Source: Podarcis gaigeae (Eukaryota). Taken from it: DNA of 64,000 bases. How positions within the stretch are numbered: position 1 is the stretch's first letter; each line of letters opens with the position of its first letter. This document shows, piece by piece, positions 1 through 13,439 of the stretch. The stretch lies in the NCBI GenBank assembly GCA_964106915.2, contig OZ066914.1, one strand, 5' to 3'. The notes beneath the pieces were generated by a model that saw only the letters and a list, made by a program, of their open reading frames with translations, was not told the origin of the DNA and searched no databases. The translations under genes and the position numbers were made by a program.

Positions 1-17
1 AGCTCCTTAGTTGAAAG

Positions 18-165
18 CAGTGCTCCCCCCCCCCCCAAAAAAAAAATGTTTAGGCATACTCTCATTTTCCTACTCATATTGAAATACTGCCCCTCAATGA
101 GGCCAAACTTAGATTCATAACATGTTTAGGGGTATGTGTCCCGTCCCCCCCAGAAAAAAGCACTG
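18..165. mobile_element. hAT-type MITE (non-autonomous DNA transposon)
   Basis: Termini CAGTGCT...AGCACTG; perfect 8-bp TSD GTTGAAAG at 10-17 and 166-173. Confidence 0.85.
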
Positions 166-298
166 GTTGAAAGCCATGTTCATATAGCCTTTCATGATAA
201 AAACAGGGTTTGTTGCCCTTGTTAACTGTTTTCAAGCTGAGAATGGCTCTTCTTCTCAATGAATCCCCCACATGCTCTTTCATGGCTCTGTGTTGCAG

Positions 299-595
299 AT
301 GACTAAGAACGGCACCGTGGAGTCTGAGGAAGCAAACACTTTGACACTGGACGACATTTCCGACGACGATATAGATCTAGATAACACAGAAGTAGACGAG
401 TACTTCTTTCTACAGCCTCTGCCAACAAAAAAGCGAAGGGCACTCCTGAGAGCCTCCGGGGTCAAGAAGATTGACGTAGAAGAAAAACACGAGCTGCGAG
501 CCATTCGCCTGTCAAGGGAGGACTGCGGCTGTGACTGTCGAGTCTTTTGTGACCCAGAAACGTGTACCTGCAGCCTTGCAGGCATAAAATGCCAG
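299..595 (+). CDS. CSRNP3: CSRNP3 penultimate coding exon (cysteine/serine-rich nuclear protein 3)
   Basis: ttgcag| acceptor and CAG|gtgag donor; 297 nt; [12 protein letters not shown]...[20 protein letters not shown]...[24 protein letters not shown] is the CSRNP Cys-rich domain. Confidence 0.96.
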
Positions 596-1104
596 GTGAG
601 AACTGAACTCAGGTACAGTCTTAAAGGGGCCGGGGGGGACGAGAAGAAGCCAAAGTATAATTACAGGTATTTGTTTTTTTAAAAACCCAGTGGCATCCTG
701 CCCCCACCATTCAAATATTCCTAATGTATTTTTCATACTTCCCCCAGTGGTAGGAAATTCTAGGAATCTCTTTATAATGCCTATCTCAGTATGCAACAGC
801 AACTACGCTGTTGGGAGGCCAGGTGAGTGGCAGCACCCACCTATTCATTTGCTACAGGGGAGCAGCGTAAATAAGGTTCTCATAAGTCATGGCTTCTGAT
901 AATGAGTCCTAAGCCTGGTTAAGCGTAACCATGGTTGACAGCTATGGTAACATAACAGTTGAGATCATTTGGGTCCAGCAGAGTGGGGACGGGGGACTCA
1001 TGCTCTAGAAAAGAGTATAAAACTCCCACGGACAAATCTTGATAGCTTTCCTATTAGCAAGCAATCAGCAGTTTTACATTTACGTTGCCCTTGGTGTCCT
1101 TTAA

Positions 1105-1454
1105 GGGATGCGGGTGGCGCTGTGGGATAAACCACAGAGCCTAGGACTTGCCAGTCAGAAGTTTGGCAGTTCGAATCCCCACGGCGGGGTGAGCTCCCAT
1201 CGCTCAGTCCCTGCTCCTGCCAACCTAGCAGTTCCAAAGCACCTCAAAGTGCAAGTAGATAAAAAGGTACCGCTCTGGCGGGAAGGTAAACGGCGTTTCC
1301 GTGCGCTGCTCTGGTTTGCCAGAAGCGGCTTAGTCATGCTGGCCACGTGACCCAGAAGCTGTATGCCGGCTCCCTCGGCCAATAAAGCAAGATGAGCGCC
1401 GCAACACCAGAGTCAGTCCTGACTGGACCCTAATGGTCAGGGGTCCCTTTACCT
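1105..1454 (+). mobile_element. Sauria SINE, full length (subfamily 'A')
   Basis: tRNA-like head GGGATGCGGGTGGCGCTGTGG...GTTCGAATCC; ACCTTT tail; 13-bp TSD TTGGTGTC(C/T)TTTA at 1091-1103 and 1455-1467. Confidence 0.9.
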
Positions 1455-1732
1455 TTGGTGTCTTTTATGGAGCAACCAATTTTGAGATTCTCCCTTTCCA
1501 GTGTCCCCCTGCTCTGGATTTATTTCCGCAAGATGCAATATTCTGGACTGGGCATTTTAAAATTAATGTAAATCATTTATTTTCTGTATCACCCCTTTGA
1601 CCATATATCTGAGGCAGCTTTCCTGAATATAGCTCCTGGCTTTTACTGCCAATTTCTAGCTTGGCAAGGTTCTGCAGCTCTAGAGTTCCTCCTTCCCAGA
1701 CCCTTAGTTAATCCATGGTCTCTTTCCTAAAG

Positions 1733-2788
1733 GTGGATCGTATGTCTTTCCCATGTGGTTGCACTAAAGAAGGATGTAGCAATACGGCAGGTAGAATTGA
1801 ATTTAACCCCATCCGCGTTCGGACTCACTTTTTGCACACTATAATGAAACTTGAATTGGAGAAGAGCAGAGAGCAGCAAGTCTCTGCGCTGAACGGTTGC
1901 CACGGCGAGATAAGCGCTCACAGCAGCTCTATGGGCCCCGCAGCCCACCCACTAGAATATTCCGTCCCGGATAACTTTGAGATTGAAGCAGAATCTCGGG
2001 CCGGCGTGATGCACTTGCAGTCGGCCGATGACTTGGACTGCCCAGGAGAGGAGGAGGAGGAAGAGGAGGAGGAAGACGCTAGCAGCTTTTGTAGCGGGGT
2101 TACAGATTCCAGCACCCAGAGTTTAGCACCCAGTGAAACAGATGAAGATGAGGAAGAGGAGGAAGATGACGATGAGGATGACGACGAGGAAAAGGTGGAT
2201 GACTTTGTGGAAGGCTTGGGTGCTCATGGCGACATGGTGCAAGCTCTTCCTTCGGTCCTCTGCTACTCCGACAGCACCGCCATGCACGAGAGTCACTCCA
2301 AGGCTTCCTCCTACTATGGCAACTCCTCAGCGCTTTATTACCAAATAGAGAACCACAGCCCTGGCACTCCTAGCCAGATGCGTGAGGCTTACTCTGAAAG
2401 GGATACAGTTAAGAATGGTAATCTTTCTCTGGTGCCTTATAATCCAGCTTCAGAACAGTTTGTGGACTACACACGGCAATCAGAGGAAAGTTATAGCGGC
2501 TCGCTTTATCCTCCTTCAAACCCGTCTGTCATAGTTTGCTGCTCGTCTTCGGAGAGCGACGGCACTGTTCCGTGTAGTAGCCTATATGCTGAGCATAGGC
2601 CAAGACACTCCCAAGTGGACTTTCCCTCATACTTGAAAAGTCCTTCTCAAGATGGATTTGTTTCTGCTTTGAATGGCGGCACTCACCTCCCAGAGCATCC
2701 CGCTGAGAATTCGCTCAGCCTCTCAGAAAAGAGCAGACTGCATGAAGAGTGTATCAAATCACCTGTCATGGAAACGGTACCTGTTTAA
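1733..2788 (+). CDS. CSRNP3: CSRNP3 last coding exon
   Basis: ctaaag| acceptor; [44 protein letters not shown], acidic tracts, C-terminus ...[12 protein letters not shown] then TAA. Confidence 0.96.
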   Translation: MDRMSFPCGCTKEGCSNTAGRIEFNPIRVRTHFLHTIMKLELEKSREQQVSALNGCHGEISAHSSSMGPAAHPLEYSVPDNFEIEAESRAGVMHLQSADDLDCPGEEEEEEEEEDASSFCSGVTDSSTQSLAPSETDEDEEEEEDDDEDDDEEKVDDFVEGLGAHGDMVQALPSVLCYSDSTAMHESHSKASSYYGNSSALYYQIENHSPGTPSQMREAYSERDTVKNGNLSLVPYNPASEQFVDYTRQSEESYSGSLYPPSNPSVIVCCSSSESDGTVPCSSLYAEHRPRHSQVDFPSYLKSPSQDGFVSALNGGTHLPEHPAENSLSLSEKSRLHEECIKSPVMETVPV

Positions 2789-5700
2789 ATTATTTTAGGA
2801 CGGAATCCCTATATTTAACTGCACTCTGTTTTAATTCCCTGGAACCAATCTCTCCCCCCTCTTAGCAATAGAGGTAAGGGGACAAGACTGTGGTTAGTGT
2901 TTTGAATATTTCTTCTGGTTTAGGCCATTGCACAAAAGCAGTTCATGTAAAAAGTTAAAATTTAAAAACGGGGGGGGGGGGGGGAATCAAATGGTCTTTT
3001 GATAGAAAATACCTAGATTAAATAATAATAATAATAAATAGTCGCCTACCTGTTAAACTACGTGAAGCTGGCCTATCGAGACTCAAAGCTTCCCTTTGTA
3101 TTATCAGACCAGTACAAGATAATGAAAATTTTACTTTGGAAACGTCATGTTTAGAGTACAAAATTGTCACACATATTTGAAGAGATGGTGACTTTTTAAA
3201 TGTAGATGTGATTACTGTACAAAAAAAACCGCCCCTGAATTGTTTGGTAATGTATATTTTATTTATTGTAGCTTAGTACTCATGTCTTGATAAAAAATGA
3301 ACAGCATGTTCTTTGGAGCTGAACATTTGAGCAGCACAGCACAGCCACTTCAAATTTCATAAGGAAAATTATATAAATATTTTGTGACCACATCTGAAGC
3401 TGACATTGAATTATGTTCTTTGAAGTGCCCTAGCCTCTAGTCATACTTGTAAGCTAGGGGGCAGTCCAGGAAGTACCACTGCTAGGCATGATTCGCTCGT
3501 TTCAGCAACGCGGGTGGGGCGTTCCTGCCCCATCTCTATAAAATGAATGAAGGGTGTGCACAAGCTCCACCTTCTGAACTGCACTCATAGGCATCTATAT
3601 TTGCTAGGAAGGTGAAATATAGGACAATCCTCTGGTTTTTGGTTTTAACTGGCACCAACATCCCTTGAAAATAAAGGAAGCTGGGCACAAGTCACCAAAA
3701 GTTAGTTGTGACTGGTTCATGCGTTTATTTTCTTTTGGGCATTTCATTTGTTGCTCAGTTTTCTACCCAAAAGCTACGTAAGGAAATGAACACTATTAAA
3801 TACATGCAGAATCTAGCTGCTCTTCACATCTTCCTGCGCTCCCCTTCCCAGAGGCACAGGTGTGTTTTTTTGCCATTGGACCTATGATGTAACATATATT
3901 ATCATAGTAGTACAACCACTGCTTCTTTAGTAGTATGTACCATAGGGACGGGACCTCCAGTGACACCCCACCCCCCACCCAAAAATAAACCCCCAGAGAG
4001 ACTTTAATTTCTTACATTTTTTAGGTTTACAGGTTGGAGCACATGGTTCTCCCCTTACCCATTTTATTCTCTCAGTAATCCTGTAAGGTATTTTAAAGAC
4101 AGGCACCTAGTTGATTTTGTGACTGACCCACTCTAACCACTACACAACACCACCCTTGCTCTCCATTAGCCCCATGTACATAGACTCCCCATTACCTACA
4201 GTGGCCACATGAACATGTCAGATTGTCACTGTTTTGGGGTGGGATTCAATCACACACCAGGGTGCACAGTCGTAATTGTTGACAGGTTTCATGCAACAAC
4301 CTGCCCTCCAAACATCAGCCCTTTTTGCAGTAAGGAAAGTGTGGGATAACACTGTTATCTAACCTCTGCACAAGCCTATCAGAATGAATGTTTATTTAAA
4401 AAGCCAATGCTTACTAATCACCCCGCAAACAAATCAGGATGAATGCTCAAATTAACAGGCCATCTGGATTGCTATGGTTATTAGAAAACTAGCCTGATGA
4501 ACCAGTGAAATCAACGGGACCTCATCTTCAATTCTTTCAGTAGAATTTAGTTGCAACTACCTTTCGGTGCATTGTGTGCCTCATGTTCACTTTCAGGATG
4601 AAAACTCTGGCTCTTTGTTGCCCTGCAAATATACAGCTAACTAATGCACTTTAGGGCCTCCCCTTACTTGTGGAGGCTATGGAAAGTCTTCAAGGTATGC
4701 TAGATGGTAGGTTTTTAAATTTTATTTTACTTTTAAGTCATATAGGCAAAAATTAGGGGGGGACGATCCATGTTTTCTCTAGCCAATTTCTGAATATATG
4801 AGTAAGTCACTGGTAAGAGGAGTCTTTGTGTTGAGAAAGCAACTGCATTGTAAATAGAAGACAGACAGGGTTCTAGGGGCATTGAGCCATTCACTCCAAT
4901 GTGACTTAAGATTTCACCTATGGTACTGTAGCAATATTTTAAAGGCCTGATCCAAAAGGAGGTTGAAATCAACAGGAATATGTCCGCAGTTGCTGGTGTT
5001 CAGTTAAAGGACTCAAGCCTTTGTTTTCTGCTATTTATGCTCCAGCCAAGGCTACTGTGGACTCTGCCTTCTCCATTTACATCTGTGGAGGAAGCGGGTG
5101 TGTGTATGCAAAGAAATGGGAGTCTGGAGACGTGAACTCCGCTGAAGTGAACTGGGGATCCTTGCAGGCAGCAGAGCACTGTGTGCACACCACAGAAATC
5201 CCTAATCAGGTGGCTGCTAATAGAAAAGATTGTTTTTAAGATTTCTTATTCAATAGTGAGAACAATGCCTATGAGTGTAACCTAGGACTACAAAAGTCCA
5301 ACATCTGTCTTTCCCACTTAACAGCCAAGTCAAGAGTTTTACCATATCCACAGATAATATAAAACTCTACTTTTTGGGAAAGGGCAATTTAATAAGGCCA
5401 TCCACACATAATCCTTTCGTCTACAGGGGCAATTTTAAATTTAAAGCCTTGAGCACCGCCTATCTAAAAAATACATCACTTCCTGTTCTGTTTGGATAAT
5501 TCAGTTCTTTTAAAAAGGGACTTGAGGAAGCACCTTTGTGCGCCGGGTGAACACAAACCCTTACTGGGCAAACACTGTGATAAAAAGACTCAGCTGAACT
5601 TACTGCTACAGTATTTTGCATTTAAGTAACATTTAAAATTGATATCCATATCCAGTTTCGATCAAGATTATACCTATTATGTAGAAATACCCTGTGCAGC

Positions 5701-8700
5701 CATGCACACATTTTGCTCCCTGCTGTAGACTTAAGGGTACTGTCTTAAATCAGCCTTTCTAAATTGGCTGTAAATGTTTGCCTTTAAGCACTTGCTCCTG
5801 GGGAGGGTGACACGGCCCTTCTGTCAATCAGCTCATGCTCCAAGGGGGCAAACGCCATAGTTGTATGAAGCGTCAATCTTCTTTAATAGTTTTATTCACT
5901 ATTTTACCAGCCTGCATAATTCAAGCAGCCAGATCAATGTCTGCCACGCAGCAAGGCCCAGAGTCACTTGGATGTTAGCAAGGAGTCAAACTTCCTTCCC
6001 ATGTGAAGCTCTCTCACATTCTACAGCACCACAGATTTGTTCGAATCTCCACCCACCCCCAAAAATCCAATTTCTTTTTGCCATATGGAGCACAATGCAT
6101 GGGAGATGTTGGAATGAACTCCCGTGGCTCACACAAGTGCTGTACTTCCTGTATTGTTAGCCCTTGGTTTGATATCTGTGAGCCTTATGTGCCAAATGGC
6201 TTGTTGTGACTAAATGACAAATAACAGTGAATGTGTTTTGTACAAGTTTTGCATGTTCTGCTTTAGTTTTCGTGATGGCTTTCTAGGCCATACAGATAAT
6301 GAAGATGATCTTGCTGAGTTTACATGCATTGATGCACATTAGTTTTAGGTACCAGTCAGCAAGTTGGAACACAGCATTCCCATTGGAAACAGACATTGTC
6401 GTACCTATTTCTGTCTAATAACAAATCACCCCGCACATTAATTTTAGCAGGCCAGAAGGGAAACAACTGGGAGCACTTTCCTGGCCAATTAAGTCTCACT
6501 TGCATGCTGTGTTATTGATCTTTAAAGATGGGCAGAGCAGATTGATTTGGCTCCAGGATTTTATTTTATTTTTTAATACAGCCAGGAGTGTTCTTTCCTG
6601 AAGTCTTCCAGTCTGCCTGCTGTTCTCAGTTACAGTAATCCAGTGCATCCCAAAGTCACCAAAAGATTTTATTTTTTTTACCCCAGACACCAGATAGAGC
6701 ACATGGAGAAATAGCCTCTACTGAAATGATTGCAAGGAAACAATCATGCCATAGAATATAGGGCTTTTCTACATCAAGCCCCATGCACAGATGGATGAAA
6801 CGTGAGATGGAACAAGCATGCTGGATCCCATTTTTCTTCACGTAGCATCCTTCTGGGAATGGGACCCAGTGTGAAAGGGACAGGATGCTCTTACTTGATC
6901 AAGATACTCAGTTTACATTATAAGGGGATGCTCTTAAAATTTTCAGGAAATTCCCAATGTGCTAGATAAATTTATTTTTGCCCTCAATTATTTCCCTTTC
7001 TCCCCCTCCCCATTAATTTCCACAGGAAAATAGAACCATGTTTAAAACATGACTACAAGGATGTGGGATAATATGGAACACAACACACAAGTTTGCAACT
7101 AACCTAAACTGAATTAATCTTGTTCGACACAAGTAGATGAACCCTAGTGGGAATGGGAGATGCACAAATCCTATGGCACAGTCAAGTGCTTTCTGTTCAT
7201 ATAGATGCATATCCTGATCAAAATAGATAATGCAACTCTCGAAGATTATGTTTATACATATCCCTATTTGCTAGAGAATGTAATACGAAGGAGGAGGGAG
7301 TAAGGTGCCAAATATTACATTAGCAAGCAGGAGGGCTTCCCTGCAAGACCGAAAGCTTAGTTTCATTGTAAGGAATATACGTAGTTCCGAAATAGATATG
7401 CTGCAGCTCTTAGGATCACCTGCCAACACCTGAGCAACACTGTGTCCCCTGCTGCTAGTGTAAAGGACTAGCATGCCTCAACCTGTTAAGTCTTTTAGGA
7501 ATAAGCATAGGCTCTAGCCCCAACTCTTGTAAGTTGCTATGGAAGACAATACCATCAGTAATAACTGAAAAAGGAGGGAGGGGATATGGAAAGGGGAACA
7601 GAACCAATGTGGTCTACTTACCCACCTGCAAAGGAGCATGCCTCATCTACGGCAGTGCAAGCTATTCCTTGAGCTGTCTGTTAAGAAAACCGTAGGGTTG
7701 GAGTGGCAGTCCATCAAAATTCCATTTAGGAAATTTTATTTGCGATGCATGGTGAAAATAGCCTTTCCTCACTGCCCCCCAAAACCTTAACTATGTAGAT
7801 TTAATGGGGTGTTTTCACTTTTTTCCTCTGAGGGTAGGTACCTAGGTGACCTGAAACTCATTTGTTTACAGCCAAAAGAAATATTAATATAGGAGCATGA
7901 ATTTAAAGCTTTTACTATTTCATACCTATTGATTCAGATGACTACCATATTCACCTCATCCATGCAAAGTAATTCATTCATTCAGTAATTCTTCATTCAG
8001 TGGACTAAGTTACAGGTGTTTGGAAAAAGACTTGGGGTGGAGTTGGTAAAAATAACACATGCAAAGTACCTTAGTTACTAGAAATTTGATAAGACATAAA
8101 TAGTAAAGAAAAATCCCTTCCTCTCCCAACAGCCTGGAACTCACCATAATGAAACTGAACTGCTCTTTCTTTCTTTCATTTACCTGCTTTGCTATTAAGG
8201 TTTTCAAAAAGGAAAGCATTGTGTGGACAGGTGTGACCCAGCACTTTATTAGAGTGATGCAGCTTATACTGATTCACACTGTGTATACCTTACGTAAGAA
8301 AACTCACCCAATGAGGAATCTCTTTGCTTTGGACAATTATTAGCTCTGCATGACTTACCCTATCTACTGCCCCTTCTTTTTTCTTTCTCAATTGCCACTG
8401 ATATATGGAAAGAAAAACACAAAGTTCATCTGTAACTCTGATCTGGAATGTTCTCAAGAATTAAAGTAAATAGTGTATACAGCCATGGGTCCAATGGTAT
8501 CTCCAATTCAGGAAAAACAAAAAATCAGAACTCGTGCTTTAAGATGTAGAAGTAGATTCTCATAGCTGCTTGAAAATTGTAAATAACCGTAATGCTGCTT
8601 TAACTTAACACATTTGAGGGTAGATACACATGATTATCTTTTTATGAGGGTGGTTTTTAATCACCATGGATGGGTCTCTCAACTTAGCCATTGTAGACAG

Positions 8701-9420
8701 AAGCTACACACCACCACCCAAAGCCTCTCACTGGTGGTTAGTGTTATGCAAGGTAGCTTTGGCTCAGCTACTGTGGGCCCCTCTTCTGACCAGGTCACTT
8801 GCTCCCAGTTTTCTGTTCCTCAGGCATTCTTCCAAGACGTTTATGGCAAGAGAATAGAATGTTAATGTAAAACTCAAAACCCATAATTGGCATTATTCCC
8901 TCCATGTGTTGATTTAATTTTGCTTTATAAGTTGCAACTTCACAAATACCAAAAGGGTAATGTAGGCAACAAAAACATTTGACAAAACTTAACCTGGACC
9001 TTATGCTGTAATCTTTTATTTTAACTGTATCTTGTATTTATATTTTCAGTATTTATGATGAATGACATGTAATTTGATGTATTTATTGTGGCTTATTTCT
9101 GCAATGTATATATTACAAAATAAGCATTTATAAGTCTTAAAATTAGGTTATTTTTTTTCTTAGTGGCACTCGTATTATGCTGTATTTTTACTATATATTG
9201 TACAATATATATTTATTGTCTATTTGTTTGCAACAAAGTAAATCAGGTTTCTACGTTACATCTATTACTGCCTCTTTTGTACTGGGTAAGGGGTATCTTA
9301 ATCGTTTAAAGTTTAATACTGTTTTTATTTCTTTTCATGGTACAGAAGATAAATTTTGAGAAAACAATTATTACAACAGTAAACAACAAATAACCTGTCC
9401 TGATAAAATTACAAACTATT
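2789..9420 (+). other. CSRNP3: Probable long CSRNP3 3'UTR (3' end approximate)
   Basis: AT-rich and poor in young TEs; TGTAHATA motifs and a very U-rich terminal block at about 9000-9400; mammalian CSRNP3 has a multi-kb 3'UTR; no clear canonical distal poly(A) signal seen. Confidence 0.45.
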
Positions 9421-9742
9421 CATGCGTACATTCTTCTCTGCCTGGGAGCTACTACTTTGGAAATCTGCAAAACTAATGAGGACTTACCCAGATGCACCCA
9501 TTCAAAAGGCCACATAGCACTTTTATCCTGAGTGGTACAAACCCAGCATTAGGGGTAGGCCAACCTGTCTTGTATAGTCTACCATCTTGGTTTTCCTAGA
9601 ATCCCTATGGCCTACTGATACATTTTAAAATTTCCAAAGCAAGAGTATATTATTCAAGATCTCTTAACTGTAGAGCTTAACTATCCATGACAGGGAATTC
9701 TGAAAACAAGCAAAGTGTCTTTCCTGGATCAGATCCAAAATA

Positions 9743-10277
9743 CTTTTATTTTTTGCTCCATAAGACACACTTTTTTCCTCCTAAAAAGTAAGGGGAAATG
9801 TCTGTGCGTCTTATGGAGTAAATGCCTATGGACGGTGGCGGGATCCCGCTGCAGTCGTGAGCGGAGAATCCATGGCTCCCCTTCCTTCCCGGTTTGCTTA
9901 CACCCGTGTAAGCGGCTGCTGTCCAGCTTTGCTGCTTTAAAGCGAGCCGCGGAGGAGGGAGGGAGGGACAGGCTCTCCTTCCCTCCCTCCTCCCGGGCTC
10001 AGCTCGCTTTAAAGCAGCAAAGCGGGAGAGGAGCCGCTTACATGAGAGGAGGCTTCTGGGGTTCCCGTGTCGGGTTTGTCCAGGGGTGTGCTGCCTCCCC
10101 GCTCGTCGCTCCTTGAGCGCGCACGCTAAAGAAACATACAGCTCCTGTCCCTCTCACTCTCACTCTGATATACCAGTAGCTTATTAAATAGTTTAGTACA
10201 ACATTTGATTGAGAATATTCCCCCCCCCGTTTTCCTCCTCTAAAAACTAGGTGTGTCTTATGGTGTGAAAAATACTG
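9743..10277. mobile_element. Tc1/mariner-superfamily (Tc2/pogo-like) non-autonomous element
   Basis: Degenerate TIRs (TATTTTTTGCTCCATAAGACACAC / GTGTGTCTTATGGTGTGAAAAATACTG), TA flanks; same termini as 51292-51712 and 61099-61476. Confidence 0.75.
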
Positions 10278-12152
10278 TAGTTCAAATTCTTTTGCAAGAG
10301 TCCTAGCAATCAGCAGCCACTGGTAGGCCACAATGAATTGACTAATTTAACCTTTGTTGTATTCCACATGACATTGGGGAAGGGCTTTGAGGCGCTAAGC
10401 ATGAAAAACATCATTCTTCCCAGCCCTGCAATTCCTACTTTTTTTCTTTCAGAAGTAAACTTTTTTTTTTATCATGGGACTTTCAATATGACTTCTGCCC
10501 CAGTAAAAGTTGCGTTCCCACTGGTAACCCAGCCAGCTACACTTTGCTGCTCCCCACCTCTTCATTCCAGTTTCCTCTACATCACTCTCCTATGCATCTT
10601 CTGCTAGTCTTCCAACAGCAGAATCAACAACAGGAGAAGCCTGCAGTTTAAACAGTGGTGTGGAAAAACAGTACCTTTCTGGGGGCAGGTTAGCTCTTAA
10701 AGTCACAGAGGTGTTGGCAAGGTCTAAGAGGAGAGCCCTATTTTCAAGGGGCTGAGAGGAGCTGTAATTTAAAAGATACGGAGATGCAAAGGACTAGGAT
10801 TTGGGAGTAGGGATAGGGCTGAGAGAGAACTGGGGCAGGTTGCTTCTATTTATCACCACCTGCCCTTGGTGAGGCTTGTTTGACAATGAGAAATCCAGCC
10901 TTTAGAGTTATCTGCCCAGCCATGTGCAATACCCTGCTAACAAGAGATTCAGCAGGCGCCTTCTGTGCCAACATTTAAACGGCTGCTAAAAACTTCTCTG
11001 TTCTGCCAGGCAATTAAGTGTACATCCCTGCAATGGCCTAGTGATGTTTGTTTTTAAGTTCTTTTTATTTTAAACTGGGCTTTAACTTTTTAAGACTTTC
11101 TTGATTGTTTTTAGGTTTTTATCTTGTTGTAAACCACCGTGATACAGCAATATATGAATATTTAAACAAACACATGTTCAAAGCAGCCAATCACTTCTTT
11201 CATGGGTAAAACACTGTGCCATCAGAAACACCACCACCCTTGTCAGCGGAATTTGGTTCATGTGGATTTACACAAAGGATTAGGAAGCCGTTTTTCTAGA
11301 CGCTATTGGAAATAATTTTGCAACAGCATCCTCTGCTGGTTAGTTTATTGAACAAGCATTTAATAAATAAGAACTTCAAAAGGTTTGTTGGTTTGCTTGT
11401 TTTAAAAAGGAGCATTTATTAATTATTATTATTATTGTTATTATTATTATTAAATGCATATAACGCCCAATACCTGCAGTTCTCAAGACTATAAAACTAC
11501 AAAGTACATAATCAGTAGTCTAGATAAATCTGATATTTAATATTATCCTGTTAAATAAACTCTGCAGACGCGGGGAATGAATCTCCAACATTAACATGTT
11601 CCTTTCAGGAGCTATATACCATTCACTGATTCCCTTTGGATATTTTATAGCTACAGTCTCAATGAATTTGAAAACAGAAATAACTAAAATAAAAGATAAC
11701 ATGGGATTGATAGAACTATAATAATAGAATGCTGCATTTTACAAAATATATTATTATTTGAACGAGATTACATGTATGGTGTACCTTACCCGGATTGATG
11801 CAAGAGAAAGACATGAACATCTGTTGCCATTCTGCTATTTATTCTGCTGTGAATGATGATCAATGGAGCTCGGTGGCTTCCTTTGGAGGAGACATACTGA
11901 CACAATCACAAAAAAGCACAAATATCTTTTTCACAAGCACTCGAATGCAAGAAAACAGCTTTGGAGAATGCAACAACTTATTTCCCATTTGCCAGAACAG
12001 ATGGGTGGTCCTACTTTTTTGCTTCTGGATTTGGGTCTGCCTTTAATGGAGCTGCTCAGATTCCAAAGAACCTTGTGGAACCAGAGGCCTAAAAAAGGAG
12101 GTAGGGCTCCAAAATGTATCAGGTTATTAAAGGAAGGGGGCACTAGAAAATC

Positions 12153-12816
12153 TGGTGGACTTGCCCGAGGATTAAGGCCATCTGGGAAATGATTTATAAT
12201 GAAATTAAAAAGGTACTTAAATGTACTTTCCATAAGAAACCAGAGGCATTTCTCCTGGGCATGGTCGGCCAATTGGTGCCAAGGAAGGATAGGACGTTCT
12301 TTATGTATGCCACCACAGCAGCAAGGATTCTCTTAGCAAAGTATTGGAAGACACAAGAACTACCCACGCTGGAAGAATGGCAGGCGAAGGTGATTGACTA
12401 TATGGGACTGGCAGAGATGACGGGCAGAATTCGTGACCAAGAGAAAGAGACGGTGGAAGAAGATTGGAAGAAGTTTAAAGTATATCTTAAGAACTGTTGT
12501 AATATTGATGAATGTTGAAATGTCAAGGTAAAGGAAAATATGGAATTACAGCTGTAATTGACTGATAGATTAATTACCAGAAGAAATTTAAAAAGACAAT
12601 AAGTGATTAATTAACCGATCTGAAGGGTCGTTGAAGAAACATTTAAAATAGGGAAGCAGAGAAGGGGAGGGAGGGGGAAGTCCGAGAAGTAAGGTTATGA
12701 AAAAAAAAGATTTGAAATTATACATGTTTATATGTTGGTGTTTGTTTGTGTGTGTTGACTGTTTTGTTTTTATTTGTGTGGAAAATTAATAAAAAAAATT
12801 TTAAAAAAAGAAAAAA
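12153..12816 (+). mobile_element. 5'-truncated L1-like LINE 3' end (ORF2 C-terminus, 3'UTR, poly(A))
   Basis: WWTCPRIKAIWEMIYNEIKKVLK...PTLEEW...WKKFKVYL resembles the L1-clade ORF2 C-terminal region; AATAAA and A-rich tail at about 12788-12816. Confidence 0.75.
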
Positions 12817-12920
12817 TCATAGCTGAATAAGTTTAAAAACAGAGGAATTAGGTGAAATAAGAGAAAAATCAGAGCATGCATTTGAACATAAGGTGCTGAT
12901 AGACGCTGTAGCTTCTAGAC

Positions 12921-13057
12921 CAGGCATCCCCAAACTCGGCCCTCCAGCTGTTTTGGGACTACAACTTCCAATCATCCCTAGCTAACAGGACCAGTGGTCA
13001 GGGATGATGGGAATTGTAATCCCAAAACAGCTGGAGGGCCGAGTTTGGGGGTGCCTG
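12921..13057. mobile_element. hAT MITE (palindromic, about 137 bp)
   Basis: CAGGCATCCCCAAACTCGGCCCTCCAG.../...CTGGAGGGCCGAGTTTGGGGGTGCCTG; perfect 8-bp TSD TTCTAGAC. Confidence 0.9.
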
Positions 13058-13439
13058 TTCTAGACGATGGCATGCAACCATGTTACTGCTACAGGCCAGT
13101 GCCTACGGGCCTCAGTAATTTGCAATGCATTCATTTTTCTAACGTCCAAAGGATGCTCTAGAAATTAATCTGGATAGTCTAGATTAATTCCACATCAGAC
13201 TGCCTGCTCCCTCCTGCCAGAGTGAGCAATACAAATACACAAACATGGCTACACTTTGCCTGCAGAACTGCCAAACATTTGTTCCTGTTTGGTCACAGGG
13301 CTGTGCTGCTGCAGCTGCCAAGGTTTTTTGAGTTTCCTTTTTTAGTGGCTTTGAACATCATACCAAGTCACTGGAGCACTCTCAGACCCAAGCAAAGAAA
13401 CAGAAAGCTGCACACACACCCAAAATTCCAAAGGGCAGC

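Noticed and set aside
1108-1382. Recurring small ORFs (…PAPANLAV…VQVDK) as a multi-copy peptide family
   Set aside because: These are translations of Sauria SINE copies, with frames varying between copies
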